Source of the DNA: an uncultured Clostridia bacterium | GTDB taxonomy: Bacteria > Bacillota > Clostridia > TANB77 > UBA1234 | Reading direction: 5' to 3' | Assembly (NCBI GenBank): GCA_947164995.1 | Contig: CAMUYU010000001.1 | Coordinates: forward strand, 23,164 to 87,163 | DNA: 64,000 nt | Part shown: positions 44,801-50,266 of the stretch, one piece after another | How positions within the stretch are numbered: the first letter of the stretch is position 1 | Layout: every line of letters begins with the position of its first letter | Program-made: the position numbers and the translations under genes | Notes under the pieces: model-generated | The model's database searches: none | Seen by the model: the letters and a program-made list of their open reading frames with translations, nothing else | Told to the model about the DNA's origin: nothing

Positions 44801-47800
44801 CTATACCAGTTACAATAACTTTTGCAGTACCTGCATCAATATTATCTTCGTAAGTTACACTATAATCCGTGCCTTGACGAAGAGTTGCAGAGTTTAATAC
44901 TACTGTAACACCTGGTCTTCTTTCTAATCCATTATATATATACTCATTTTGTTCTATTTGAACTATTGCATTTGCAAATTCTGCAGCATAAATATTGATA
45001 TCTGCATTGCCATAATAATCTTGGTAACCATCACAAGAAATCTTGAAGTATACAGTTGTTCTACCAACTTCTGTACGTGTTGGTGCAGTTGTTATTGTAT
45101 AATTGCCCGCACCATTTCTATATGTAATATTGTATAGTCCAACTGGTTCTACTACTTGAATTGTAATTCCATGTGGTTGACCATCATATGGTCCGTCAAA
45201 TCCAGTTACAACTACATCCATCATTCTATTTGTAACTGTTAATGTGCCTTGTGTAAATTCTACTTCATAGTTTGAACTCTTAAATGCACCATTTGTAATT
45301 GGTGTTAATGTTCCTATTCTAATTGGATATGTTCCTATTGGAGAATTAGTTACACATGTTGTTGCAAGTGAACCTACAAATAGTGGAGTTTCTCCTGTAA
45401 CTGCGTTTGATACTCGATATGTTAATATTGGGTTTTCTGTATTATATTGTTTTATTTTATCATCAGCTTTAATACGAAGTGGTCTTGGTGTAATTGTAAA
45501 GTCTGCAATATATGAAACTCCCGTATAAGAGCCCAAGCCAGATACCATTACGTGACCTGTGCCGGCATCTTTATTATCACTATATGTAACAGTATAATGT
45601 GTGCCTAATGTTAACAATGTTGAACCATCATATACTATTGCTCTTGGTGTGTGGAAAGTTCCATCATATTCAAATGTTGATGGTTCTGTTGTAACACTTG
45701 TAAACGTACGTGCAACAATTGTGAATTTTCTTCCAGTTGTTACAGTGAATGTGTAGTTGCTTGCTAAGAATGGTGAATTATTTGTCAATGCAAGTGTGCC
45801 TTGAGATATTTCATATTCTCCTTCTACCTCACCCGGTTCTCTTGTAAGAGCTCCATTAAATCCTGGTGTTTCACCTACAATTGTGTTAAGTACTGTGTAT
45901 GTTAATGTTGGGTCTGCTGTTCCTGGATATTTCCATAATCCAGCATCTGGCGTTACGATTAATCTTCTTGGTGTAACAGTAATTGGGAATGATAATGATC
46001 CAGTATAGTTATTAATACCTATTGCTGTTACTGTTCCGTTTCCAACATTCTTATTGCCTGTATACTCTAGTCTAAAGTCTACTTCATTAATTAATTCTGT
46101 ACTACCATCAAGAATTGTAGGAACTGGTTTGTGTTCTGTTCCATCATATTCAAATATATTATCATCTAAGCTTGCTGTTATTTGACTATCATTTAATGAT
46201 TTTGATGTAATTGTAAACTTCTTTCCTGTAACAAAATCTATGCTATAGTTTTGTGAATTAAAGTTTCCTGCTGATAGAAGTATTAATGTTCCTCTTGTAA
46301 TGTCATATTGACCAACATCTTCACCAGGTTCTCTGCTTAAGTATCCATTGAAGTTTGCAATTTCAGAGTTTACTGCACCTGAATATGTATATGTTAATAT
46401 TGGATCTTCTTGACCAAATACTTTTGATAACTCGTCAGGTGTAACTCTTATATTTACTCTTGTAATAGTAAATTCTTTTTCTATCTTTCCAGTATAGTTT
46501 CCAATTCCTCTAATAATAGCTGTTGCTATACCAGCATTTATATTATTTACATACGTAATTGTATAATCTCTATCTTGTACTAATGTAGTTTCTCCATCTT
46601 TTACAGTTGCAGTTGGTCTTCTTTCTTGACCATTATATGTGAACAATGTTGGATTTAGAGTGCATGTAATTGAACTATCTCTAAATGATTTTTGAGTAAT
46701 TGTAATCTTTTCATTTCCAGTATATGTGTTATATCCATCTGCTGTTACTTGGAAGTATACAACTGTTTCACCAGCATCTGTTCTTGTTGGTGATGTTGTT
46801 TGATTATATGTGCCTTCTGTTAAGCCATATCTTACTGTATAGCCAGAATCTGGTACTACTACATTAACTGTAATTCCATGAGGTGCACCATCATAAGCAC
46901 CTGTATATCCTGCTGAATTTACTGTCATGAATTCTGTTCCAACATGAAGAGTACCTGGAACAAATTTCATCGTGTAATTAGATGGTTTAAACAATCCACT
47001 AGTTTTCATAGCTAGTGTGCCTATTGTTATTGGATAATCTCCAGCTGTAGAAGTTGTTGTACATCTTGTTGTAAGCGTACCATTAAATGCTGCAACTTCT
47101 CCATTTGCAGTTCCAGTTACTGTATATGTTAATGTTGGATTTGGAGATCCATAATTCTTTGTCTTATCTTGTGCTGTTACTGTTATTTCTCTCTTGTATA
47201 TTTCAAAAGACAATGTGATAACGTCTTTATATAATCCTTTTCCTCTAACTATTGCAGTTGCTGTTCCAACGTTAGTATTATTTGAGTATGTAATTGTGTA
47301 ATGTGTGCCTAATGTTAGTTCTGCATTTGTTACTGCATCTTTAACAACTATGGTTGGTGTAATTGCTTCACCTGCATACACATATCTTGATTGTGCAAGT
47401 GTTGCATTTAATCCTCTTGAAACATCTACAGTGGCGAAGTAGTTACCTATCGATGGATCGGTTTCAAAGTTATGTTTTTGAGATGTCTTTGTTGAATTTC
47501 CATAGAAGTCAATTATTTCAAGTTCTAAAGTATGTATGCCAGCAGTTGAAACTGTGATATCTATGTAGTCTGTAGTTGTGTCTGTCGCATATGTGTGTGC
47601 TGAATCAACTGAAGTGTAAATGATATTGTTATTGCTATCTCTTACAATCCATTTTGTCATCTTAACGCCCGAACCCATTGGTCCATCATACATGCCATAA
47701 ACTGTTGCTCTAATTACATTGGCATCACTTAGTGCACCAAAATCTATTCCAGCACATGTTGGTGCCTTTGTATCTTTCAAAATGTGAACATTAGGTGCTT

Positions 47801-48464
47801 CTGTAAATGGTGTAATTGCAAAGTTAGTTGTTATTGTCAAAGTATCGTATAGCCCTGTTTCAGGGAATATAACTCTTGCTGTATAATCTGCAACTTCATA
47901 AACTGGTCCTTGAGTTGTATACGTTGAATCAGCCGCATTACGAAGTTTATATTCTACAACAACACCTGTTGTGCTGTTAGTACTTGAACCGAATTGTGGT
48001 ACTTTTGGATCTTCTCCTTGCATCCAGCTATCGATTGTTAAATAACCACTACCAATTTTCGAAAGATTTTGAGTTTTTGTGTATGTTTGAGAGTTATTAA
48101 CCCAGTCAGTAAGCGTAACTGTAAGCGTATAACTTCCTCTTTGAGTGATTGTGTATTCTTCTGACACAGTACCTGTTATTGGCGAAGTGTATGTGTTTGA
48201 CTTTGTTAACACAACGTCTGAGCCAAATTTTAATTCCCAATCAACTTGTTTAATTCCTGTTCCATTGGTGCCATCGCTTAATCCTGCTGCAGTTAGTATG
48301 ACTTTGTTATCGTCTGCTACCGCTCCAAATGAAATTCCTGTTGATGTTGGTTGTGTTGTATCCAGAAGTACACTGGAACTTATTGGTGAATCTGCAAATG
48401 CTGTTGTTATCATCGCAACCAGTGTAAATATTAATATCATAGCGCTTATTAGCTTACTTCTCAT
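29898..48464 (-). CDS. Giant secreted surface protein, roughly 6,188 aa: Ig-like + MBG repeats, FGE-sulfatase-like domain, Flg_new repeats and six DUF285/BspA-like super-repeats
   Basis: A single uninterrupted 18.6-kb reading frame. I placed the start at the ATG at 48464, which has a GGGAGGAAG RBS and a signal peptide MRSKLISAMILIFTLVAMITTAFA. The track's TTG-extended start is rejected. Recurrent xDLSxWDTSNVTxMxxMF units occur more than 100 times. Six N-cap/C-cap modules are visible (IVSTDDSxxPIYAWFE ... KIYASxNFVTTxVT...NPKDKTYAHxDGGxxNPGYFW). Flg_new GW...YAxW units are also present. Confidence 0.85.
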   Translation of the reverse strand: MRSKLISAMILIFTLVAMITTAFADSPISSSVLLDTTQPTSTGISFGAVADDNKVILTAAGLSDGTNGTGIKQVDWELKFGSDVVLTKSNTYTSPITGTVSEEYTITQRGSYTLTVTLTDWVNNSQTYTKTQNLSKIGSGYLTIDSWMQGEDPKVPQFGSSTNSTTGVVVEYKLRNAADSTYTTQGPVYEVADYTARVIFPETGLYDTLTITTNFAITPFTEAPNVHILKDTKAPTCAGIDFGALSDANVIRATVYGMYDGPMGSGVKMTKWIVRDSNNNIIYTSVDSAHTYATDTTTDYIDITVSTAGIHTLELEIIDFYGNSTKTSQKHNFETDPSIGNYFATVDVSRGLNATLAQSRYVYAGEAITPTIVVKDAVTNAELTLGTHYTITYSNNTNVGTATAIVRGKGLYKDVITLSFEIYKREITVTAQDKTKNYGSPNPTLTYTVTGTANGEVAAFNGTLTTRCTTTSTAGDYPITIGTLAMKTSGLFKPSNYTMKFVPGTLHVGTEFMTVNSAGYTGAYDGAPHGITVNVVVPDSGYTVRYGLTEGTYNQTTSPTRTDAGETVVYFQVTADGYNTYTGNEKITITQKSFRDSSITCTLNPTLFTYNGQERRPTATVKDGETTLVQDRDYTITYVNNINAGIATAIIRGIGNYTGKIEKEFTITRVNIRVTPDELSKVFGQEDPILTYTYSGAVNSEIANFNGYLSREPGEDVGQYDITRGTLILLSAGNFNSQNYSIDFVTGKKFTITSKSLNDSQITASLDDNIFEYDGTEHKPVPTILDGSTELINEVDFRLEYTGNKNVGNGTVTAIGINNYTGSLSFPITVTPRRLIVTPDAGLWKYPGTADPTLTYTVLNTIVGETPGFNGALTREPGEVEGEYEISQGTLALTNNSPFLASNYTFTVTTGRKFTIVARTFTSVTTEPSTFEYDGTFHTPRAIVYDGSTLLTLGTHYTVTYSDNKDAGTGHVMVSGLGSYTGVSYIADFTITPRPLRIKADDKIKQYNTENPILTYRVSNAVTGETPLFVGSLATTCVTNSPIGTYPIRIGTLTPITNGAFKSSNYEVEFTQGTLTVTNRMMDVVVTGFDGPYDGQPHGITIQVVEPVGLYNITYRNGAGNYTITTAPTRTEVGRTTVYFKISCDGYQDYYGNADINIYAAEFANAIVQIEQNEYIYNGLERRPGVTVVLNSATLRQGTDYSVTYEDNIDAGTAKVIVTGIGGYAGTGSKIERFLIKPAPLVIKPSGNYSKIYQDADPTFNYIVEGLQNNEVQGSTGKLSRDLGEDVGTYEINSIGTLTLTANGRFKTSNYSISFERNNSYLTINPRDISTGTATFNEEYVYSGNEITPVPSLVVNNTSLLVDRDFTITYSNNVNVGTAQVIMTGIGNYTGTKTGSFTISKANFERFKDYMTVTLNPIVFTYDGTPKEPDTYVTFFGKELIRDTDYTVSYLNNVEVGDNTAIAVITGIGNYEGTLRPTFSILPVTIDDLEAEGYTIELSQTRYEYDMTPKEPRVLRFVTSSGKVLSQGVDFEVTYEDNVYVGIAKVIITGIGHYSGRIEVGFEIYKTTPILTLEDKIVAYSGGGHTIDRATITKIYGYGGDLSSYTAESMLVYNYYADSGLATRLSAPPQEEGTYYVQAYLPGDANHNESYSNVVRLIVFGRPTPPIITGNDGSRIIPDGGTVHDEIFINIYGSEVSIANDVLIRYLYSLDGNTWFNYSETLRYTEGTITVYAKAYVVDVPTLVSDISTYTVTIDRTPPEESDPIIDEEQESVVIEIEIPDDEITEIYVTEDPDYVPDDDDDWLDVDNDDGEDDKTIFETSQGDGEKTLYIWERDKAGNMVGPIVKTTWLNAIRIGNLNDNKTNLYFKVTDKFLHTSNIRASDIALQVNGFDSTGSVTDLSRVAIQNDPNDGYKYTAVIEDVTGDGNLTFSLDKYLIYDRAWNHISDENQIVEVKDITVDNTLPILRVTVNGNEAQVYVEDEHLQALMLNGAIVGRLNGEYTIKLNNGKNKIVAIDSYGNDVSQELQNFITYIDLSSVPNDPELYHGMKALYYTGGYENVVGYFTDSMYSYDTIGENSENTISKWANARTEDGSSWVWIPRFAYKPVYYTDASMSVISEDPTEFIDYDVIFLRKRSSTEYIDKNGIIHPLPEGYIVADAFTMDKGAGYELTGFWISKYEISREDSMDDGATWEASTKPLGGGNVLTSNTIRAVSKADRTPWRGIDVSNIFDNAKSMNVKAGSRMMRNSEYEATLLLGLSEYGRNGDYIATDDSINTGSEPGTSTTGNIYGVFDMIGGSWEYTATYLEGSPSLEIYSSSMINSTKAGEKQVITSADIENFIYSSAEKDVITRTNLESPYLTSYVIYRGLDYTSEDMSVESIPVGGTPDSRVGFRAVLVDDGTIVSDDSNSEPNTSGDGIRVTLDGNGGTSAEGPIKIVYASSVSPFTLPSENTFFKDGYIIAGWSREADTSPTDTSNYYPVNTTTRLEEDTYLYAIWKKADALFLDGASFNSKIKKLAGNSGATASTIDTTIKKIEWTDVEPSATNKTSDHIVSSNLSGNPIYAWIEGDSIKLYTEASIAFTNANAQSMFANLSEVTSIDLSKVRTSKSTTFASMFSGCNKLANLDLSKFDTSNVTNMSWMFNEASRLATIDLENFDTSKVTHMTGMFNGCENATTINVSGFNTSKVVSMEQMFKDCAKVTELDVRSFDTRKVATMKSMFAGDVKLNTLNLSAFNTSNVTDMSEMFMDCAKLPSIDLRSFDTSRVTNMSWMFSGCNTVDRLSLANFNTSKVTNMTGMFNNCENATVIDVSGFNTSKVTNMSQMFANCSKVTTLDVVNFNTGNVTTMESMFENCRKVAVLDTGNFNTTKVTNMARMFAVCETISTLDLRSFVTNRVTDMSEMFIGCTNIEKILASTNFTTNNVTSDTNMFLYCIKINGGSGTVYDSNHIDKLYARLDGVNNLNGYFWNVIEGYVDPGPLSQHTIRYDGNGGTGVPPNGIKVFGSLYEIPNTVPTKLGSTFLGWALSPLAEEGSYQPGDYYTEDVDTTFYAIWYTVTYDVIYDANGGDEASLPEPGLKIEGIDYQIPNIIPTRDGFTFAGWGLSDEESTNITWTLAYIQNGTAFYTEDVDVVLYAKWTPNIYNITYDANGGIGGPANGIKYGGQTYVIPDDEPTRTDYIFIGWATSASGFIVDYYPGDEYTTNADLTLHAVWKKDEAIFLPGYTFNGKIKTLAAGTNKSYYAEDTLITGVVWSNVAPTVLNMQAENIVSTDDSAWPIYAWFENDQIKLYSKASKRFVNENAADMFAKLEAATKIEANKMDTRYVTNMEGMFRGAGSRAQIFDIGDLSSWDTSNVRTMEEMFAATGAQATTFKLIGLSNWDTSNVEGMGAMFAGAGQSATTFELDLSGWDTSNVHDMYSMFNNAGYSAPIFDIGDLSSWDTSNVEDMGFMFAFAGQSATTFELDLSDWDTSNVLNMGSMFVNAGQNATTFELDLSDWDTSNVLHMNSMFNNAGKFATTWNIGDLSRWNTSNVEDMGGMFAFAGQNTTTWNIGDLSRWNTSNVEDMNGMFWCAGQNATTFELDLSGWDTSNVENMDWMFACAGQNATTFELDLSGWDTSNVRTMEEMFAYAGYNAAPFELDLSSWDTSNVSNMEEMFYECRKVEKIYASDKFVTTQVTVSYNMFDGCLSIDGGLGTRYRASNPKDKTFAHLDGGFLNPGYFYHPPVSTTFLPGTTFNGKIKTLAAGNNVGYTTLDSLIKGVVWSNVPPTSANASAANIVSTDDSEIPIYAWYEDEVIKLYTAASTVYVNQNASYMFYGLRSATEIEMNDVNTINTTNMNYMFGYAGYTAPTFEVDLSSWDTSSVTNMAHMFDSTGYTATTFDLGDLSSWDTSKVTDMNYMFGLTGFMAPTFDLGDIGSWDTSKVTNMSFMYYYAGYSAQTFNIGDLSGWTTSNVTDMSYMFGLTGYTATEFDLGDLSSWDTSNVNNMSCLFYFAGYTAPTFNIGELATWDTSNVTNMSYLFFGTGAGTSTFKLDLSSWDTSNVTTMAAMLSLAGYSATTYDLGDLSGWNISNVLDMNSMFASAGYSAPIFDIGDLSSWDTSNVTDMRYMFNNSGYNSSTYTLDLSSWDTSNVMNMAHMFSWAGYNATTFGLDVSGLNTSKVTDMSNMFNSTGYNATTFELNLSSWDTSRVTNMDSMFYNCRKVEKIYASNNFVTTQVTSSTNMFDKCLSVIGGLGTTYNESNPKDKTYAHFDGGTANPGYFWRIAASTTFLPGTSFNSKIKTLAAGTNKTYTAVDTLIKEIIWSDTAPTSANMQTANIVSTDDSGVPIYAWFEDGTIKLYTDATTKYLNANSSYMFNNLQSAEGIEFSNVNTTRVTNMQSMFGFFGYNLDSISLDIANWDTSNVTTMQSLFSSAGYNASSFNADLTNWDTSSVTNMGSMFGSTGHNAMSFNLGDLSGWDTSNVTYMGTMFSGTGYKTTEFSITGLSEWDTSNVINMNSMFYCTAHDSASFNIDLSDWNVSKVKDMTWMFALCGSNATTWSIGDLSGWRMSSATTVYQMFESAGQKATTWNIGDLSDWDVSKVENMGGMFIGAGEYASVWDIGDISEWNTSNVTNMSGTFGRAGYNATTFDLDLSGWDTSKVTTMSGMFANVGREKATSVTLDLSGWDLSSLTNMSEMFTYFGASRATTYSIEGIESWDTSNVTNMEKMFSYALGSTQSFDFDFSSWDTSSVTNIISMFYFTAKNATSFRLNLEGWNLSNADSLKNMFEMAGYNSTSFELNVSNWNTSGIANMYHTFAFMGCSSTLFDLDLSSWDTSSVTSMNGMFEQCRRLEKIYASDNFVTTNVTTSVDMFDACSNIKGGMGTVYNVANPKDKTYAHIDGGTANPGYFWRVPANTTFLPGTTFNSKTKTLASGTSTYFTVSDTLIKEIVWSATAPVASNMQAANIVSTDDSEVPIYAWFEDEKIKLYTEASKVYMNASARCMFYNMNNAAYIDMNRVDTSNATDMYGMFYSTGKNGSTFNVDVSSWNVSNVTNMQNMFYYAGQNATTWSVGNLSEWNTANVTNMSSMFDHAGYNATTWTLGDLSEWDVSNVTTMYMLFDFTGRNATLWSVGDLSEWNISKLKNASKMFEETGKNDTSWSIGDLSGWDTSQITDMSSMFSQAGYSANTFTLGDLSGWDTSNVTNMSALFNGTGFNSTTWSVGDLSGWNTANVKDMSSMFGATGHSSTTWSVGDLSGWITSSVTNMSNMFGGSGYASATWSVGDISGWNTSNVKNMNYMFRNTGYSASTFDLDLSGWDTSSVTSMRQMFNGTARQVSTFDIGDISGWNTSNVEDMERMFNEVCENATSWNIHDLSGWDMSSVTNIAYMFMDSFKNIQNVDFDLSGWDLSNVTGGYMDGLFRGAFNNASSIKLDLSGWQFSNVSLRWMFYEVGRRATSFELDLSDWNTSEVTSMNSMFFMMAQNATPYELDLSSWDTSSVINMEGMFKYANKLNKIYASNAFVTTNVTTSDRMFDGCSSLVGGMGTTYNESNPKDKTYAHIDGGVANPGYFWRTPASATYLPGTSFNGKIKNLAAGNSVGYGVSDNLIKGIGWSSTAPDLSIMTEENIVSTFDSEVPIYAWFEQDNSGNGTGVIKLWSEAQKIFANDNMSRMFYYLAELTELNVVEDLGITEITTNVTNLSNFVSSCNKLASIVLTSPIFDTRNVTTMSSMFGGCKALIELDLAIPNFDTSQVTLMDGMFGYCENLISLKVNGPNFKTDKVKSMKNMFFECNKLETLDLSNFDTSQVTTMYYMFGHPNNFSNVALREIIIGSNFKTSNVTTMEGMFADCQKLEAIDVSRFDTGNVTNMKKMFYYCKALTNIDVSGFNTSKVTSMDSMFFSCGSLQSLNVKTPNFDTSNVTNMYGMFSGCTSLTSLDLTGNNFNTSNVTNMGSMFGSCTKLTSLNLKTPNFDTSNVTNMTYMFYSCAGLTSLDLTGNNFNTSNVTNMSRMFNGCKNMTSLNIAGTNFNTGKVTDMSYMFDECEKLLSLDLTNPNFDTSNVTTMQYMFYACRKLTNLNLKTPNFDTGKVTNMGYMFAFSGIKRIDLSGSNIKTSNVTDMYSMFMECAAEVIDISGINFDTSNVTRMKYMFCQASSLRTIYALNTFSTASVTNREESVFYKSSSLVGGAGTAYDYDHNDITYAHIDGGTSNPGYFTSH
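37520..38480 (-). repeat. High-identity 84-bp (28-codon) tandem DNA repeats inside the giant gene (DUF285 units), at least 10 copies
   Basis: Recurring catttgatgtatcccaaccagataaatctaattcaaatgttgttgca...gcaaacat units at exact 84-nt phase. Adjacent copies are roughly 85-95% identical. Confidence 0.8.
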
Positions 48465-48690
48465 GGTCTTCCTCCCAAAATTGTTCTTGTCTTTCGTTTC
48501 TTCAAGAATTTTTTCATCGCACTTTCGAAAATGATGATAAGGCTCGTCATAAAGACGCCCTCTCAGAGTGCGTTTATTCAGTTCAATCCAATTCAAGCCT
48601 TACCACCTCCTATTCGTGTTTTGGGCATAGTTATCCCATTAGTTCTTTCTTTGAAATAATATATCTTTGTTTGAAATAAAAGTAAACACG

Positions 48691-48730
48691 AAAAAATCTC
48701 CAAAAGCCCTATTATTAAGGGTTTGGAGAT
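48691..48730 (-). terminator. Rho-independent terminator after the lipoprotein gene pair, upstream of the giant gene leader
   Basis: Stem atctccaaa / tttggagat with an internal ccc/ggg loop pairing, followed by a U6 run on the minus strand. Confidence 0.6.
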
Positions 48731-48940
48731 ATTTGTAACTTAAAATCCTTTACGGAACTTTGATTGACCATTTTTTTGTTTTGAAAATTAACGCTTTATT
48801 AAAAAAACTTATCAATTTCGTTGCTTTTATTTTTCAAATGTTACATATATATTGCTTATTTTTAAATCTTCTTGAACACCTACGGAAATAATTGTTTTGC
48901 ACCTAACAAAAAAGTGTCGTCAAATTGACGACACTTAGTA

Positions 48941-49546
48941 TTAAAAATCTATATAATCTTCAAATAACAAGTCTTCAAAATTTAGTTTTTGTGGTGATAA
49001 TATGTATACGCATGTTCCGTTTCTAAAACGCTTCATGCTAATATACTCTCTATCTGATACAGCAGAGCCATAAGTGGCACTCTTTTCGGCTTTTATGGCT
49101 TCATTTCTTGCAACTAGCTTAAGTAATAGTTTATCCTCTTCTTCTTTGTTTTCAGATCTTATTATTGCTACTTCGCTATATGATTCTTTTGTTTCTTTTA
49201 TGAAAGCAACTCCTCTTGGTAAAGAAACATCTTCTAAATTATAAAGCTTTATTAAATCTTCGTCTTTGTAGATTGTATAACCTTGAAGTAGTTCTTCCGT
49301 AGATAATTTTCTTATAAATTCTTCTGTAGAATCTATTTGTGATTGAGATAATTCGTTATTTTGTTCGTTTAAATTATCATCAGGCAAATTATTTTCGATA
49401 TGATTATCACCAGATGTAGTTTCATTATTGTTCTCTTGAATATTTTTATTCTTTCCAACGCAACCTTTAATTGTGAAAATAATTATTAATAGAATGGCTA
49501 ATATAATTAGTCTACTAATTATATTTATTTTTGCTTTCTTACTCAT
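48941..49546 (-). CDS. Putative lipoprotein (201 aa), paralog of the next gene
   Basis: Signal peptide plus Cys (..FTIKGC), an N/E/Q-rich linker and a C-terminal globular domain similar to its neighbour (EVAII...). Confidence 0.6.
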   Translation of the reverse strand: MSKKAKINIISRLIILAILLIIIFTIKGCVGKNKNIQENNNETTSGDNHIENNLPDDNLNEQNNELSQSQIDSTEEFIRKLSTEELLQGYTIYKDEDLIKLYNLEDVSLPRGVAFIKETKESYSEVAIIRSENKEEEDKLLLKLVARNEAIKAEKSATYGSAVSDREYISMKRFRNGTCVYILSPQKLNFEDLLFEDYIDF

Positions 49547-49559
49547 TTTATACCTCTTA

Positions 49560-50126
49560 TTATTTATTCATATAATCTTCAAAAGCTTTTAATATTTCTG
49601 CTGAATTAGGTGCATATGCTATAAATAGTATTCCGTCTTTTTGTTCAACTTGATATAATGCATCATCAAATCCCCAGTTTTCTTCTTGTAGCTTTTGTTT
49701 TCTTTTAGCTGCTAAATTAAATGCTTCAACGTTTTGTTCTGCACTTTTTAATTTAATAATTGCAACTTCTGCATATCCATTTGGAAACAATTTTGATCTT
49801 ACTTGATAATCTATATCTTTTAAATTAGAAAAATCATATTTTTCGTTTATTTCTGTATTTTTCATAATTGTCTCTGAATTTAATCCAGCAACTTCACTTA
49901 AGCTTCCAAATAATTTTGATACACTTGTATCATTATTAAATTCTTTTGAATTTGTATAATCTTTTGTTTCTGTTTCTTCTGGTAAAATGTCATTTGTATT
50001 TGCGTTTGTATTTGTATTATCGTTTGTGTTTGTGTTTTCTGTTTCATTATTCTTTTTAGATTCACATGCTGTGCATACAAAAACTATAACAACCAAAATG
50101 CATAAAGCCGTAAGTATTTTTTTCAT
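49560..50126 (-). CDS. Putative lipoprotein (188 aa) with an N/T-rich linker
   Basis: Signal peptide MKKILTALCILVVIVFVCTAC (lipobox), an (NT)n low-complexity linker and a C-terminal domain paralogous to the previous lipoprotein. Confidence 0.6.
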   Translation of the reverse strand: MKKILTALCILVVIVFVCTACESKKNNETENTNTNDNTNTNANTNDILPEETETKDYTNSKEFNNDTSVSKLFGSLSEVAGLNSETIMKNTEINEKYDFSNLKDIDYQVRSKLFPNGYAEVAIIKLKSAEQNVEAFNLAAKRKQKLQEENWGFDDALYQVEQKDGILFIAYAPNSAEILKAFEDYMNK

Positions 50127-50266
50127 TTGTACTCCTCCAATTTAATGAATTTCACTATTTATTTATACTATATTTTATCCTTTTTGTCTAGTATTCTACA
50201 AATGCAAAAAAGAGATGAAAGATAAATTCTTTCATCTCTTTTTTATAACAGTTTATTGTTAACCTT

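Noticed and set aside
48465-48596. N-terminal extension of the giant ORF in the track (TTG start at 48596, MNWIELNKRTLRGRLYDEPYHHFRK...).
   Set aside because: The ATG at 48464 has a strong GGGAGGAAG RBS and begins a textbook signal peptide. The extension has no RBS, uses a TTG, and would bury the signal peptide.
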